This document shows positions 51,252 to 64,000 of a stretch of DNA of 64,000 nt, piece by piece. A model generated the notes under the pieces. It did not search any database, had not been told where the DNA came from, and saw only the letters and a program-made list of their open reading frames with translations. The stretch spans positions 3,216,880 through 3,280,879 of the forward strand of contig NW_003314261.1 of assembly GCF_000143415.4 (NCBI RefSeq). Reading direction: 5' to 3'. The first letter of the stretch is position 1. Each line of letters opens with the position of its first letter. The position numbers and the translations under genes were made by a program. Source of the stretch: Selaginella moellendorffii. Its lineage: Eukaryota; Plantae; Lycopodiophyta.

Positions 51252-52112
51252 ATGGTCTTGGCGACCAGCGAGATTGTCGTAGGGTCGTTGTCCATGGCGA
51301 TTCTTCCAAACAGAGAACTTCACGTAAGTTTCAATGTTGTTTTCTCATAGTTCTCTCTTTTAAGTTTTACTTTGTCTCACTCGTTTCGGGGAGGATTGCT
51401 GTTCTACCCGATCGGATGCTGGATCGTTGAAGCTCCAAAGCTGTAGACCAAGAGCATATGCGCCAAATACCAAGAGTCATGCCTGGCTCACAGGTTCGTC
51501 TTTGAGACTTTCACTTGCTAGAATTTCTAGGTGCTGGCAGGACGATCTTTTCAGAACAGTTACGTTGGACGCACAAGTCATCGCCCTCGGAAGTTAGGTC
51601 TCGAGAGTTGGAGGGGTTTTGGGAGAGGAAGATCCTTTCGTCGGACTCGAAGCTTTCAGTGTCTTCTCTTCCGGCAAGTTTCTCGGCTGACGCCACGACC
51701 AAGTGGCCCGATTTTAGATTCTTTCCAAAGCGGAAGGTGTTTGCGAGAGCATTTTCCGCCGAGGCTCGCGACGTAGCAGTGGAGATGCGAGCGCTCTTGC
51801 CGGGAGGCCCAAGCAACTACGATGGTCGAGAGTTCGCCAAGGATATGCTCAAGGGTTTGACAGCGAGGCAATTCGCACAGCTTAGCAAAAGTTTGCGACG
51901 ACGACGTCTACCACTTCCTCAGCTATGGCGAGCTGGAGGAAGGGCCGGTAAGTCTGGGCGAGCAGCCGCGAGCAGCGCTATCCCAGCACAGCATGGAGTC
52001 CCGTGATCAAGAACAGGAGGGATCTCTACTGGCGGAGCTAGACCGAGCATGGCAAGAAGAAAATTTAAGAAGTGGAAGACTGAAAACTTCGCATTCTTCG
52101 TCGAGATCCTGG
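51252..52112 (+). repeat. 861-bp near-identical segmental duplication, copy B
   Basis: Matches 44484-45344. Confidence 0.95.
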
Positions 52113-52129
52113 AGAGAACGAGAAAGGAC

Positions 52130-54850
52130 TAAATACTGCTGTGGAACATTCATAAAAGCTTTTGTTCAAGTGTATTGCTCATGCTAGGTGGACTGTCTCA
52201 ATTAGGGTGTCCCTGCATTCCTCCATGGCTTGAAGGTACTTTGCAACATCTGCAGATGTTGTAAGATCTCCCAGGAAGGTGGGTAAGTAGTGTGTGTGAA
52301 AGCTGAGTATTGGGACGTAGACGTGCGATCTTAGACGCTGGTAGACCACGTTGGAGATCTTTGACTTCAAGCCAGCAAAGCTGGTAGAGTTGCTACTCTT
52401 GTGGAGTAGACGGTGACTTGACAACATGGAAATGGTGTGCACCAGTTATAGCATAGTGGCACTGTGCGTTTGCATCACTATCCTGTGCTCTGCCTTTGGA
52501 CCCGTCTATGCATACATGGAAATGCTGAGGGAGAATTGGACATGTGCTGGGACTGATGGCATGGTACAACAGAAGTCCAATTTGTCACTGTAGGTTGATG
52601 TGTAGCAAGTATTCTTTAAAACGTGGTTTTACATTGGTCCTCGCAAGCCATCCTTTCAAAGCAAGCTCAAGAGATTGTCATGGCTGGTTGGGCAAGGAGC
52701 GCTTCCAAGTGAATTCCCAATCGTGCTGTCTAGGTAATACGGTCGTTCCACCATCTGGTTTAGAGTTCCTTGTGAAGACCAATGGAGTTAGTGATTGCAG
52801 TGACCACACATCAGTCCATAGTCTTATGTTTGGTTGTGACTGAATACCTAGTCCCCATGCGTCAAGAGAAGAGTGGTTGTGATCCACATGTTGAAGTGTT
52901 GTTTCCTCGCATCCCAACGATAGATGGAGGCATTGTGTGTGCTAGGCAATTGCTTCTCAATGGGTCACATAAGTGGTCCACGTGCACTGGCGGTGGATTT
53001 ACAGACTCAAATATTTATAGCCCTCAACTTTCTCTCCTCAGTAAAGTTGTGGTGAGAGACCCTTCTTCAAGCCAAAGACAACTATTTGTGTCTTTGCAGT
53101 GTTAACAACTAGAAACGTTTATTGACTAACAAGAGCATGCATGGCTTACTCAAATGGAGGCAAAGAGGAGTGGGTCATCCGCATAGAGCAACAGGTGAAG
53201 ATAAAGGCTAGCCATTTGGATCAAGGAGAGTGATTTGTGTGTAAACAATGTCCTGAGAGTGTTAATGTTAATGCTGACGACACTGGGGGAGAGTGGGCAT
53301 CCCTGTTTAACTCTTGCATCACTTATGATGGAGACATCTTTGTTAAGCTCTGCTTGGATGTGAGAGTAAAGGTGACAAATGTGAAGCGGTGCTCCAGGGT
53401 GTTCAAGGTGTTGGTTAAGCAAATGTCACAACACATTATTGAAAACCTTTTGAAAGTCCACAAAACACGTCGTTTTTTTAGCTCTAGTTTTGTTTAGCAG
53501 TGTTCACAAAGTAATCAAGTGATCAATGCAGCTGCATTTGGGCCGAAATCCAGCCTTTCCCCACACTTCTATCCTCATGTCCTCTACCCAAAGTGTAAGG
53601 TGGTGCTCGAGAAGCTAAGTGTAGAGTTTTAAAAACACACTACTAACCATGGTACAACATTAGTTGGTAGGTTGAGTTGGATTGCAATACTCCTGTTGAT
53701 TTTTCTAGTGAGTGATCTTTATTGCAAGATTAGAGTATGACAAGTCTACTTATATCATGAGAGAAAATAACAGTAATAGACGTAAATTGGATCAGTTTCT
53801 AGCAATCTTAAGGGCTGTGTAGTATTTAGTTGTACATTGACAAACCATTAACACCTCAAGAAGTAAGCCTTGATGTTAGAGATAGGTTGAGTTGAAATAG
53901 TGTTGTCTAAGAAGGCTAGGTAGAGTCGGATCCTTGGCTTGTCATCAGGATGGAGATAGGATGATGGTTCCATGTGTCCCCTTTGGAACAGTTTTTGAAG
54001 GGGGAAACTTTTAACCTTTTGTTCTGTTCATCCCTTAAGTGACAGCACTGAAAAATGCTTGAAACCTGTAGAACAAACTAATAAAATAATGCCATGTATA
54101 AAAATGGCAATCATCACTACAATTTTATATTAATGACAGCATTTTTCTTAAAATTTTATTAGGGGAGTTTTTTCTTTTAGGGGGAAAAAAGGGGGACACA
54201 TGGACCCAGATTGAAATTTCATTCTTTTTGATGGTGGTGGGGGTGTTGTAAGCAGGTGGGAGTGGCCTAGGACAGCTTGTGGCAACAACTTGGTGTAGAT
54301 AAAATGACTAGTCATGAGCCATGGTTGGTGTGATATTGAGTCTAATACGGAAGAGATCATGGTATGGTATGGATCACAGATGGTGATCTCTATAGGAATT
54401 GGGATATGAGCAAGGACTTCATATGTAATGTGATAGATAAGCAGGTCTGTTGTGACATAGTGTCTGGCTGGAAGAGATTGTAGAGTGCATCAATGGTCTA
54501 ACACGATGCATCAACATTTGAGATGCAGCAATGGAGTGAGAAGCATTTTGGCTGTGGTGGCCCTTATTGAGATGGACACTTTGTGGATATGCAAGACATC
54601 AACAGCATCATGTGGTCCTGGAGAAAGGCAGAAGTTAGTGTATCCGTATATGGTGTGGAGCATACTTCCAAACCAGGGTAGGGCATGCCTGTAGTAATAC
54701 AGCCAATGGTGATGAACTGCTATTGGACCGCTCGAATTTCGAATAGATAAGGTGGCGTATCTCCTAATTTAAATGACAGTTGTTGTGTTGTTAACAGTCT
54801 TTGTATGTTTGTCCAGAGAGCTCTTGTGGTTGACATTTATCTCTCCCATT
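52130..54850 (-). mobile_element. Degenerate LINE (non-LTR) retrotransposon; ends approximate
   Basis: VKQGCPLSP and LLLYADD RT motifs at 53150-53422; flanking decayed coding-like sequence. Confidence 0.72.
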
Positions 54851-55305
54851 GGAAAATATTTATATAAGTTTAAAAAATTATAATCTAAAAGTTATATCAA
54901 CCGTTTTAGAAAACTAAAACTCCAGTGATCCTTTTCTTCCAAAAGTCTTCAGCCGTATCAGCTAGTAAATGCAGGTTTGTCAGAATATAAAAATACCGAG
55001 CATGCTTCTTAATTTTATATTTGTGGGTGGGGTGCCTCCGTGAGGAAGCGTTCCAAAAATTTGGATATGCCGCTATTGTGTGGCCAGCACACGGTATTCT
55101 TTAGTAAAAGGCGAAAGAATAATTCGCTTTGCGCTGACCACACGGCCCGTGTATTCAAAAGTTGATCCTTAATCTCTTTATATACACATCCCCAGGCATG
55201 AAACCAAGCTCCGGCATGTGGGATATGTCCAAAAGCCCTAGGTCACCGTACACTTTCGTACTGCCCTTATTCTTAGAATTCAAAAGTTTATCAAGTTTGA
55301 AATTG

Positions 55306-56976
55306 CTAGGCCACACAGAACGCGTAGATCGAATCACCGGTCGTGGGAGGCATGTATCCAGATCCAACGAAAGCACACCCGTCGGCCACAGAGAATCCCC
55401 CGCCCTGTTTGGCATTTGTCATGCCCCTCCACACAATGCTCCCATTCCTGGCGTCCAGCGCGTAAATGTAACCCGCGTCCTCGAACGATCCAACAAACAA
55501 CACATCGTTTGCAATGGCCACCGCTCCATAAGCTAGAGCGCCGGTGGGATTTGCCGTGGACCAGCGTATCACTCCAGTGTTGGCATCCATGGCTACCCAG
55601 CCGCCCCCCCGAGTGACATTGCTAGATGGGATGAGCGTGAAGTTCAGCCCATCTCTGTTGACGATGTTGGTGTAGATCCTCGTGTTATCAGCGGCAGCTC
55701 CCCAGATTGCTCCTCCACTCTTGCTACCAGGTCCAGCAAGCTATAGAACAATCATCGGATTAGTATCATCTCGTATACACTAAGTTTACTTACAGTTTCC
55801 CATACGAGTTCTCCAGTTGATCGGTCGTGAGCCCAGACAATGCCGCTCTTCTGGCCCGTGACAACCACATCTCTCCATCTGTTTCTGTGACGAATGGTGA
55901 CGAGCATTGGAGATTCTCCAAAGTCGTAGTCCGGGCCCGGCTGTGAGGGGCAATTTGGTAGTGGATTTGCCCGGTCGCGGCAAATGAAGGAGAAGACATC
56001 GTCGCCACCGAGCCTGTTACACCACCTTATGGCTCCGGTCTCCGTGTCGAGTGCAACCACCGCATCGTCGCAGAGGGTTGCGTTTGATGGAAAGCAACCG
56101 GTTCGATTTGCATCGAGGCATGCCTGGACGGACGCTGGAACCGTGTAGAGGTTTCCAGTTGCGATGTAGACGAGGCCTCGCTCTTCGTCAATGGAAGGGC
56201 TGCTTCCCCAGATTGCGGCTCCAGAGTAAAGTCCATTTTGCCCGTGGTTGTCCGGAAGCATGCCCGTTTTCCAGATTCGTGCCCCTGTCTTCAGACTGAG
56301 CTTTTGAAAGCTCCCTTGGAAGGTGCAGCAAATGGTGTCGTTCACCTCTTGGTCTGACGAGATTCCAACGTAGAAAGCACTGAAAACATATAAACATCAA
56401 TAGTAATAAGTAATATAAATAGGAAAAATATTTACTCTTTGTTAGCTGTTCCAGACATGGTAATTTTCGCAAGGGGCGTTTCCTCAAGCTCCTGGGAGAT
56501 CCATACTAGCTTTCCAGTCTCTCTTTCCAACGCGACAACCTTGGCAGGGCCGAGCAATCCAAGGATTACCAGCTCTTTTGTCACTGCCGGAGAAGTTCTC
56601 GAGATCACCCCACTCAAGCCTGTGATCTGTGTCAAATTCACCCTCCAGACCAAAGATCCTTGCATAGACACTGCAAAGACAAGCCCACTCCAAGTTGGAA
56701 CGTAGATCACACCCTTGTAGATGGCTGGAGTCGCCGAGACGAATGGTCCGGTGACAAATCTCCACTTTTGAGCGAGGGTGTGAGCGTTTTGGGGGCTAAT
56801 CTTGTGCTCCTTCTCCTGGAAGCGCCTGTTGGTGATATCTCCTCCATGGTTTGTCCAATCTCCTTGATCACATTCACATATAGTCTTGAAGAAACACAGT
56901 AAGAAATCTAGAAAATCGCTGTGCTACTTACCAGCAGGAAGAAGCAAATCACAAGTGTTATACTAGAACACGCCAT
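55306..56976 (-). CDS. Secreted PQQ-type beta-propeller protein (polyvinyl alcohol dehydrogenase-like), 4 exons
   Basis: Signal peptide; DWTNHGGDITNRR, SATPAI, CCTFQGSF, GAAIWGSSPSID, GPDYDFGESP, GQKSGIVWA; repeated A(L)D..TG...W propeller motifs. Confidence 0.9.
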
Positions 56977-57088
56977 TGAACTGATCCATCAAGGAATGGA
57001 CTTTTATAAAGGAAAATCCAAGTTTGCTACAACCGTCATTGACATTAAAGACGAATAAGATAGAATATAAGTTGACGTTAAAGTCTCA

Positions 57089-57140
57089 TAAACCCTAAAT
57101 GCATATGCCCTAAAACCCTAAATGCCACTGGATTAGGGTT
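57089..57140. promoter_or_regulatory. Telo-box cluster in the PQQ/THADA bidirectional promoter
   Basis: AAACCCTAA twice and TTAGGGTT within about 60 bp upstream of the THADA ATG. Confidence 0.6.
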
Positions 57141-57148
57141 CTTGGACT

Positions 57149-60100
57149 ATGGCCGCGAAATGGAAGGCGCAGCAGCGGAAGCAGCGATGGCAGCACAGCG
57201 CGGTGCTGCTCCCCTCCTCTCTAATCTCTCGCGCCGGCGCGGACGCGAGGATCTCTTCTTTCTGCACGGCTCTGCGCGAGTGGAGCTCGCTGGGAAACAC
57301 GTTTGATCAGGTATCCGGCGCCAAGCGCCTCGTAGCAGCGCTAGAGGCGGTCGCAGGGGTAGAATCCGAGGCGCTGGCCGTGGCATTGTCGGTGTTCGTG
57401 GAGATTTTGTTCCAGGAGGGATCCAGGCCCGTCCACCGCACGATGCTCTCGGCTCTCACGCAATTCCAGCAGTGTCGCGAGGTTCTAGAAGGGATATTCC
57501 AGCGGTGTTGTGCGGATTATGGACTGGGGGGCTCGAATGAGAGAAGATTTGCGCTGGTGGCGGTGGGGCTCTCTCTCGCGAGCTTGCCAAAGCCGGGGCT
57601 ACTCAAGGACGTGGTTCGCAAGTGCTCTACGCTGATAGCTTCCAGCGCAAGCTTCGACGTCCGGGACGTGTTGACGCGGTCGGAGAGTGGTGAGAATGCC
57701 ACTCCATCGCTCATGGAGGATTGCCAGGACGCCATGTCCACGGTCTACTACATGCTCCAGAACTCGTCCCAGGACTTTGGAAGCCAGGCTTTTGGGGACG
57801 TGGTGGTGACTTCGCTGGATGTTTTGCAAAGCTCGCTCATGTCCCGGGACTGCGTGGTAGCAGCGGGGGTTTGCTTGTGTGCTACCGCCCAGATGTCGAG
57901 CTCGCGGTCGAGACTGGCGTTGATGCTCGCCGAGGCTCTCTTCCCAGAGGTGAATTCACAGTGTTGTGCCGTGGAAGAGGAGTTTAGCAGGGATAATAGC
58001 GAACAAGGCAAGCTAGAGAGCGTGATTCACAGATTACGTCGCTCGACTATGGCCGAGGAGGCCGAGAAGTTCACGGATTTTGGTCGGCTGTGCGTACTTC
58101 GAGGACTTCTCACGGCTGCTCCTCGAGAGGTTTTGAATTACTGCCTGCTCAAAAAGGTGACGGTAGAAGAAGATGGTCGAAGAACCTCCAACTTGGTCGT
58201 GTGGACGCTTCTATACGATGGGATCTTGCCGGCTCTCTGTGCCGCAACGGAGAGCTCCTTCGACAGCCACTTCAAGTTCCATGTTATGACTGCGCTCCAG
58301 ATATGTCTACAACAGATCAAGGCGTCGATCTTGGGCAACGTTACAGCAGCCGCGATTGACGAGCTCCGGAGCGTCAAAGGAGCAGCTTTTACTGCTCCAG
58401 CGACGCCATTTTCTCCGACGATGACGAGCAGAGTTATGCAGATCATTTGGAACAACTGGGAAGACCCTCTCAATCAGACCGTCCGGCAGGTCCAGATGGT
58501 TTTCGACTTACTTGCGGACTTGCAATCTTCGTCAACAAGTGAAGGCGGTGAAACGGCACAGGCACAAAATGGCACGCAGTCTTTTTTGCATCAGATTGCG
58601 AACGATCTCCTCACAGTTGGTGGACACCGGAAAGGAAGATATGTTCCTCTGGCTACGTTGGCGTTGCGACTTGGAGCTCAGACGCTGTTGGAGATGTGCC
58701 CGGGCCTTCTTTTCCAGACCATTCACGCCATGTCCGATGATGGAGTTTGCTGCGCAGCAAGCTCGTTTTTAAAGTTGTTCCTGGAGCGGCTTCGCGACGA
58801 GTGCTGGAACAACGAAGGCGTTACGCAGGGAAGCATACGATTTCGGCAACTTTGGGTTCCTCCGATGGTGGCTGGCGTCGTTGCTGGAAACCCAAGACTT
58901 CGGATCAACTTACACACGTACGCACTTTCGGTGGGACTGGAGATTGACAGCGATAGCCTTTTACAGATGCTGGGGTTCGTTTTAGATGGCTTGGCTGTTC
59001 GTGAGGTGCCATCATGGGAGGACTTGCGGGGTGCTGCTGGAATGCCAGATTTTTTGACGCAGAACCAACGGGTGGCCTTGTTTGTGTCTCTTATCAAGGT
59101 CGCTCGGGGATTAGCTCTGATGGAAAACGAAATCAGGACGTCTGGAAGTGCGTCGGAGATGACGTTTCTGGTGAAAGGTGTGGCCGTTTACGCACCAATA
59201 TCTCTTCTAGAGCTCGCGCTTACTCATCTCGAAGAAGGTTTACGGGTGGATTCTGCGGAGCTTATTTGCTTGAATCCCAAGACAGCGGTGATGCCTTCAC
59301 CTTTCGAGCTGCATCTTTTGAGGGTGGCAATGCCTTTGAACATGAGGTGCTCTTCGACAGCTTTCCGGATGAAATGGACGAGTTTGCTCAAGAAGTTTTT
59401 CAGCAGAGTTCGGGTGGCGACTGACAGGCAGATGAAACTGGAATCATCAAAGGGTGGCTACAGAAATGGAGAACAGGCTTCTGGAGCTATTCAGAGGAAG
59501 CTCGACAGCTCAGTGGTGACGCTCGCAGAGATGCAGGCGTTCATGCAATGGTTGACGCGGCTGCTGGTTTCATCCTTATACCCGTCAGCTCCTTACGAGC
59601 GGAAGTACATGGCGATGGAAATACTCAACGTACTACTCGACGTTTGGCCCACGACGGATCAGCTGCAGTCCAAGAAAAACTTCTCGCCGTATGGAAAGGA
59701 GCTCTTCTCGGCAGACTACACGATGGTTCTTCTCGGTGCTGTCGTGGATAGCTGGGACCGTCTCAGAGAGAGCGCCTACAAGATACTTTTACGCTATCCG
59801 ACTCCATTACCGGGCTTAGAAGCACAAGAGAAGGTGGCGGAGGTGTTACAATGGGGAAAAGTTCTTGCGAATAGTCCTCGTGTCAGAGAAAGCGATGCAG
59901 GAGCGCTTGTGTTGAGGCTCATATTTCGAAAGTACGTCTGCGAGCTCGGATGGAGAGTTTCACTACATCCAGAAGCTGAGGCTGTGCAGACGAAGCCTGT
60001 TTCTGGGGATCAGATTGTTCGCTACATCGAGTCACTCAACGATTGGCTCGAGGCTGGGGTTTTGGAAGGTGAAAGGAACCTCGTAACGGCTTGCAAGCAC

Positions 60101-63100
60101 AGCTTTGTACACGGGGTTCTACTCACGCTCCGTTACACTTTCAGCGAGCTGGATTGGATTTCTGATGGAGTGAGGACCAATGTCGCCGGACTTCGCACGG
60201 CCTGTGAAAGGCTTTTTAAGCTCCTGTTGAAGGTTACGTCTCTAGCTCTCTGGGTTGTATCAGTTGATGCTCTCAACCTCAAGGAGAAAGAGTATGAAGG
60301 CTTGGACGAAGACGTTGAGGATCTACATGTGTCTGATTCTGATGATATTGAAGGTGATGATGATGGCATTGGTGGAGATGACGATGCTAGCCTTTTGGCT
60401 CCACTGGAACAGATGGTTATGGTAGGCTGCTGGCTATCCATGAAAGAGGTACGTGAAAGTTTTTTCTTTCTATTTTTCTTTGCTTAACGTTTTTCAGGTC
60501 AGCTTGCTCCTAGGGACTGTTGCACGAGGGGCACCACTACCCGGTTGTAGCTACAACGCTAGGACTGGAAATGGTGTTCTCCAGTCTTTAGAAGAATCGA
60601 AGTTTATTATGTTGGAGTCTGCACAGCTTGAAGAAATCGGTCAGCATTTTTTGCAAGTGCTTCTTGCTATGAAGCATAATGGCGCTATTGACAAAACTCG
60701 AGTTGGCTTTGTCGCTCTGTGCAATCGTTTACTGCTCTCAAGCGACACAAGGTTAGGTGGTTCGTTCTTCATCAAACTCGGACTAATCTGTGTTTTTACA
60801 GGTTAAGCAAGATGCCTGAGATTTGGATGCAGCAACTTATGAAACGGACTGTTCTTAAGGACCAATCGCTCGATGATCTGCTGAGAAGGAGCGCAGGAAT
60901 TCCGGCGTCGTTTCTCGCGTTGTTTCTTTCGGAACACGACGGTGCGCCGAGAAAGCTTCTTCCCATGGGCTTAAGGTGGCTGATTGACAACATCAAACAA
61001 TTTCTCAACTCCTCGACCAGTAAAGATGTGGTGCCTGTCGTGCACGCCTTCAACACTCTCAGAGTAACTTTCAACGACACGAACTTATCAACTGATACGT
61101 CTGGATTTTGCGCTGAAGCTTTGATAGTTGCCATTAAAGCATTTGCTTCTCCTTATTGGCAAGTCCGGAACAGTGCCACACTCGCTTTCACTGCGCTACT
61201 ACATCGTATCGTTGGATTTCTAAACGTACACAAGCAGGCTACAGCACGTCGTGCTATTACTGGTTTTGAGTTCTTTAACAGGTATGGTTAGGCTCGTTTC
61301 TTGATCTATTACATGTTTCGATTTCAGGTATCCCGCTCTACATCCGTTCCTTCTGGAGGAACTAGAATGTGCTACCATGAACTTACAACAGGGGGTGACG
61401 CAAAGCCGGCTTCATCCGAGCCTTGCACCAATTCTGGTGATTCTTTCGCGTCTGAGGCCATCGATTGTCAACACAAGGACGGACGACTGGCTGAGCCCTT
61501 CAGCATTCATGCCGTCCGTCGTGCGGTGTGCAACTCAGTGCAATTTAAAGCTCCGAGTTCTCGCATCTCGTGCGTTAGCACCGCTTGTCACCGCGGAGAA
61601 CCTTTTGAACGTTCTGCTGGAGCTCTGTAGCCAGTTATCGAAGAAGCCAGTGCGTTACAACACCATCCACGGCGTTTTACTGCAGCTATCATCGCTTCTT
61701 AAATCCAACTGTACGGAGGTATCCCAGCAGGAACAGCAGGGACAGATCGTGGTGCAGGTTTTCAACAGGATCAAAGAGTGCACACTACTTGGCACGATAA
61801 ACCGGACATCTTGTTTTATAGTGGTTGCGGCATTTCTTGGAGTTTTACAAGATCTTCTGGAACTGGCTTATCAGTGCCAACAGGTGCCATCAGTGCGGGA
61901 AAGCATGCAACAACTCCAGCCGGTACTCTTGCACCTCAGCAGCGAAAGTGTCAGCCATAGCGACAGTTCCGCAAAGCCGTGGGACTCGACGCTTGTGGAT
62001 TTGAAAGGACTAGCTGCGGATATCTACTTCAGCACAATTCTGCGAGGTTGGCAAACTTCCAACGCTGATATCGCTTCGGGTCAGACGACGGTCTCGAAAA
62101 CTTTTTATACGACTTTACGAGAAGCGCTGGCTGACAAGATGTACGAGGTTAGACTGGCAACACTGAAGGCGCTAAAGTCATTCTCGACACAAGATTTCGC
62201 TGTTGCTTTCACGCAGTTGGACGCGAGAATACTGCATGGCCTGTTAACAGAGCGTTTATATACGGAGCTTCATCCCAGATGCGTGAAGCGCTTATTACAG
62301 GTTTTTCTGAGATGGAACCTTCTCGCAGTTGACAACGATCCTCAGCAGGACCCTTTCAAGATATGGAACACGTTACTCGGAATTTACAACACCTCCAAGG
62401 TCTCCAAGACAAGGGAATCTGCAGTACGTTGTCTCGGCAATTGCATGCAACACCTTCTCGTCTCAATGAAGGCCGACATGGTGGACAGGGACTTGGACGA
62501 CTCCGACTGGGAAGTCTTTCGCGGGGTGCTCGAGACATGGAACGATCTGATACGACGCCACAGTGCGGCCAGCGAGCCTGTAAACTTGAGGAGAGCGATT
62601 TCTTCGGCAATAATCTCCTCGAGGTGCTTGGAGGAGTCTAAGTGGCTCAGGGAGAATACCAGGATGGTGGCAGTGTCTCCGAGGTTGAAGTGGTACAGGA
62701 AAATAGTTCTGAGCGTCTGGTCTGTAACCATCAACCTTTTGGAGGACGAAGACATTGTTCTACGCCAGCAGCTTGCGTTGGCCCTCCAGGACGTCATGGT
62801 ACCCGTTTTCAAAGCTCCGCATGCTAGCGTTCCAGCTCAAGTGGAGAGGGTGCTGGAAACGAGCCTCGCATTCCTGAGGTTCCAGTTCCAGGAATGCGAT
62901 TTCTTCTACGACTTTCTTGCTGGGTGGATACTGGGCGACAACAGCTCTCGTTTTGGAGGCCTCCAGAACACAGACCTGGTCCGTAAGCTGTTCGACAAAG
63001 AGCTCGATAACCACCACGAGGAGCAGCTACTGGTGGTCCAACTTTGCTGCTCGCACATCGAAAGCTTCCTCGACTCGCCGGAACACTCGACCGAGTTTGT

Positions 63101-63494
63101 CACAAAATGGCGAGGCAAATTCCTGGACCAGGCAGTGGCTTGTGCAAAGTGGTGTTTGGAGCTCCAGCGATCAACGCACTGGGTCGGAGGCATAACAAAC
63201 CACCAGGACGTGTTCAAGCACCTATACAGGACCTTGCTCGGATTATTAGTGCTATCAACACCAAAAACCACAGGAAACTCGTCTTTAAGCTCCCTGCAAG
63301 CTCTAAAAGGGAGTCTTTTGGAGCTGACATCGCTAAGCGAGGTACCTCTAAGTCCCATGATTTCTAACTTGCTCTCCAGATTACTCCAAGCGGTCGAGCA
63401 CAGCACCGGCATGAACTTGGTTGCCGATTCTTTCCGAGCTTCCATGCATGACAGCTACTGCCCGGACTTTGAGCCGTTTTTCTTGCTCAAATAG
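57149..63494 (+). CDS. THADA: THADA / Trm732 (DUF2428; tRNA 2'-O-methyltransferase regulator), 4 exons
   Basis: MAAKWKAQQ start, IWNNWEDP, VDSWDRLR, SPRVRESDAGA, CWLSMKEVSLL, KHNGAID, RRSAGIP, VHAFN, WQVRNSA, LFDKELDNHHEE. Confidence 0.95.
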
Positions 63495-63705
63495 AAGTTT
63501 AAGCAACTGTCCAACTTTGTCATCGTGATCCATGTGGGACTGCCAAATTTTTTGACTACGATACAGCTGTGGCAATTTGCCGCTCGCCACGTTTTTGGGA
63601 TATATCCACTCGTCGTGTCGGCATCATATTACTTCCGTCAAGTTTTATCACACTCGTCGAAAAGTGTGATAAACAGTCGCTTAAGAGCGTCTAAAGATAC
63701 GCTTA

Positions 63706-63999
63706 TCACGTTACAGTGACGCTATATCTATCTTTTCGTGTCACAGGAGGAGCGAGCGAGCTTGGGACACTACTCGCAGAGTAAGTCCTTCGGCTCTTAA
63801 TGCGCTGATTGCCGAGTTTTTGTTCTTTTCCAGGTCGATTGATCGAAAAGCCACCATGGTCTATCACAGGAACTTGCTCCAAGTGCAGCCTTCGGAGGCT
63901 ATATACCAAGATCTGAGGGCCATTGGCACCGCGTCCCGTGATATCGGGATCCAGCTCGCCGCTACCGTTTCTGCGGGGCATTTCGGATTCCTGAGATGG
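63706..63999 (-). CDS. Probable last exon of a gene lying beyond the window
   Basis: Frame open from the window end to the stop at 63706, converging on THADA; no domain recognised. Confidence 0.35.
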   Translation of the reverse strand, partial: PSQESEMPRRNGSGELDPDITGRGANGPQILVYSLRRLHLEQVPVIDHGGFSINRPGKEQKLGNQRIKSRRTYSASSVPSSLAPPVTRKDRYSVTVT

Positions 64000-64000
64000 C

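Noticed and set aside
44484-52112. The 861-bp direct repeats as LTRs of the enclosed copia fragment
   Set aside because: No TG...CA, PBS, PPT or TSD; the repeats are near-identical while the copia sequence is heavily decayed.

Overview
Gene-dense plant nuclear DNA with very short (about 50-70 bp) introns, short intergenic spacers, S-motif-rich PLS-PPR genes and deletion-riddled pseudogenes. This pattern suggests a lycophyte such as Selaginella (inference). Conserved genes, in order: a partial P/Q/H/R-rich gene, peroxisomal citrate synthase, PRP4 kinase, TMCO1, mitochondrial HSP60, HDR/ispH, a CCR-like reductase, two PPR-E genes, SNX2, OBAP, mitochondrial ACP, UPF0496, a secreted PQQ-type beta-propeller protein and THADA. 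Accessory material includes a four-member CYP71-clan array (two intact, two pseudogenes) around HDR, a 5S-rRNA-bearing Cassandra-like TRIM, a hAT-type MITE, copia/gypsy/LINE relics, a decayed microbial-type PLP decarboxylase and a duplicated tiny twin-arginine (Tat) peptide gene. The best candidate for a new system is an intronless nuclear gene (8161-9939). It encodes an organelle-presequence-like N-terminus plus an I-SceI-type LAGLIDADG domain in which both catalytic Asp positions are replaced (His, Arg). It may be a domesticated homing endonuclease acting as an organellar intron splicing factor. All family assignments come from motif recognition by eye; no searches were run.
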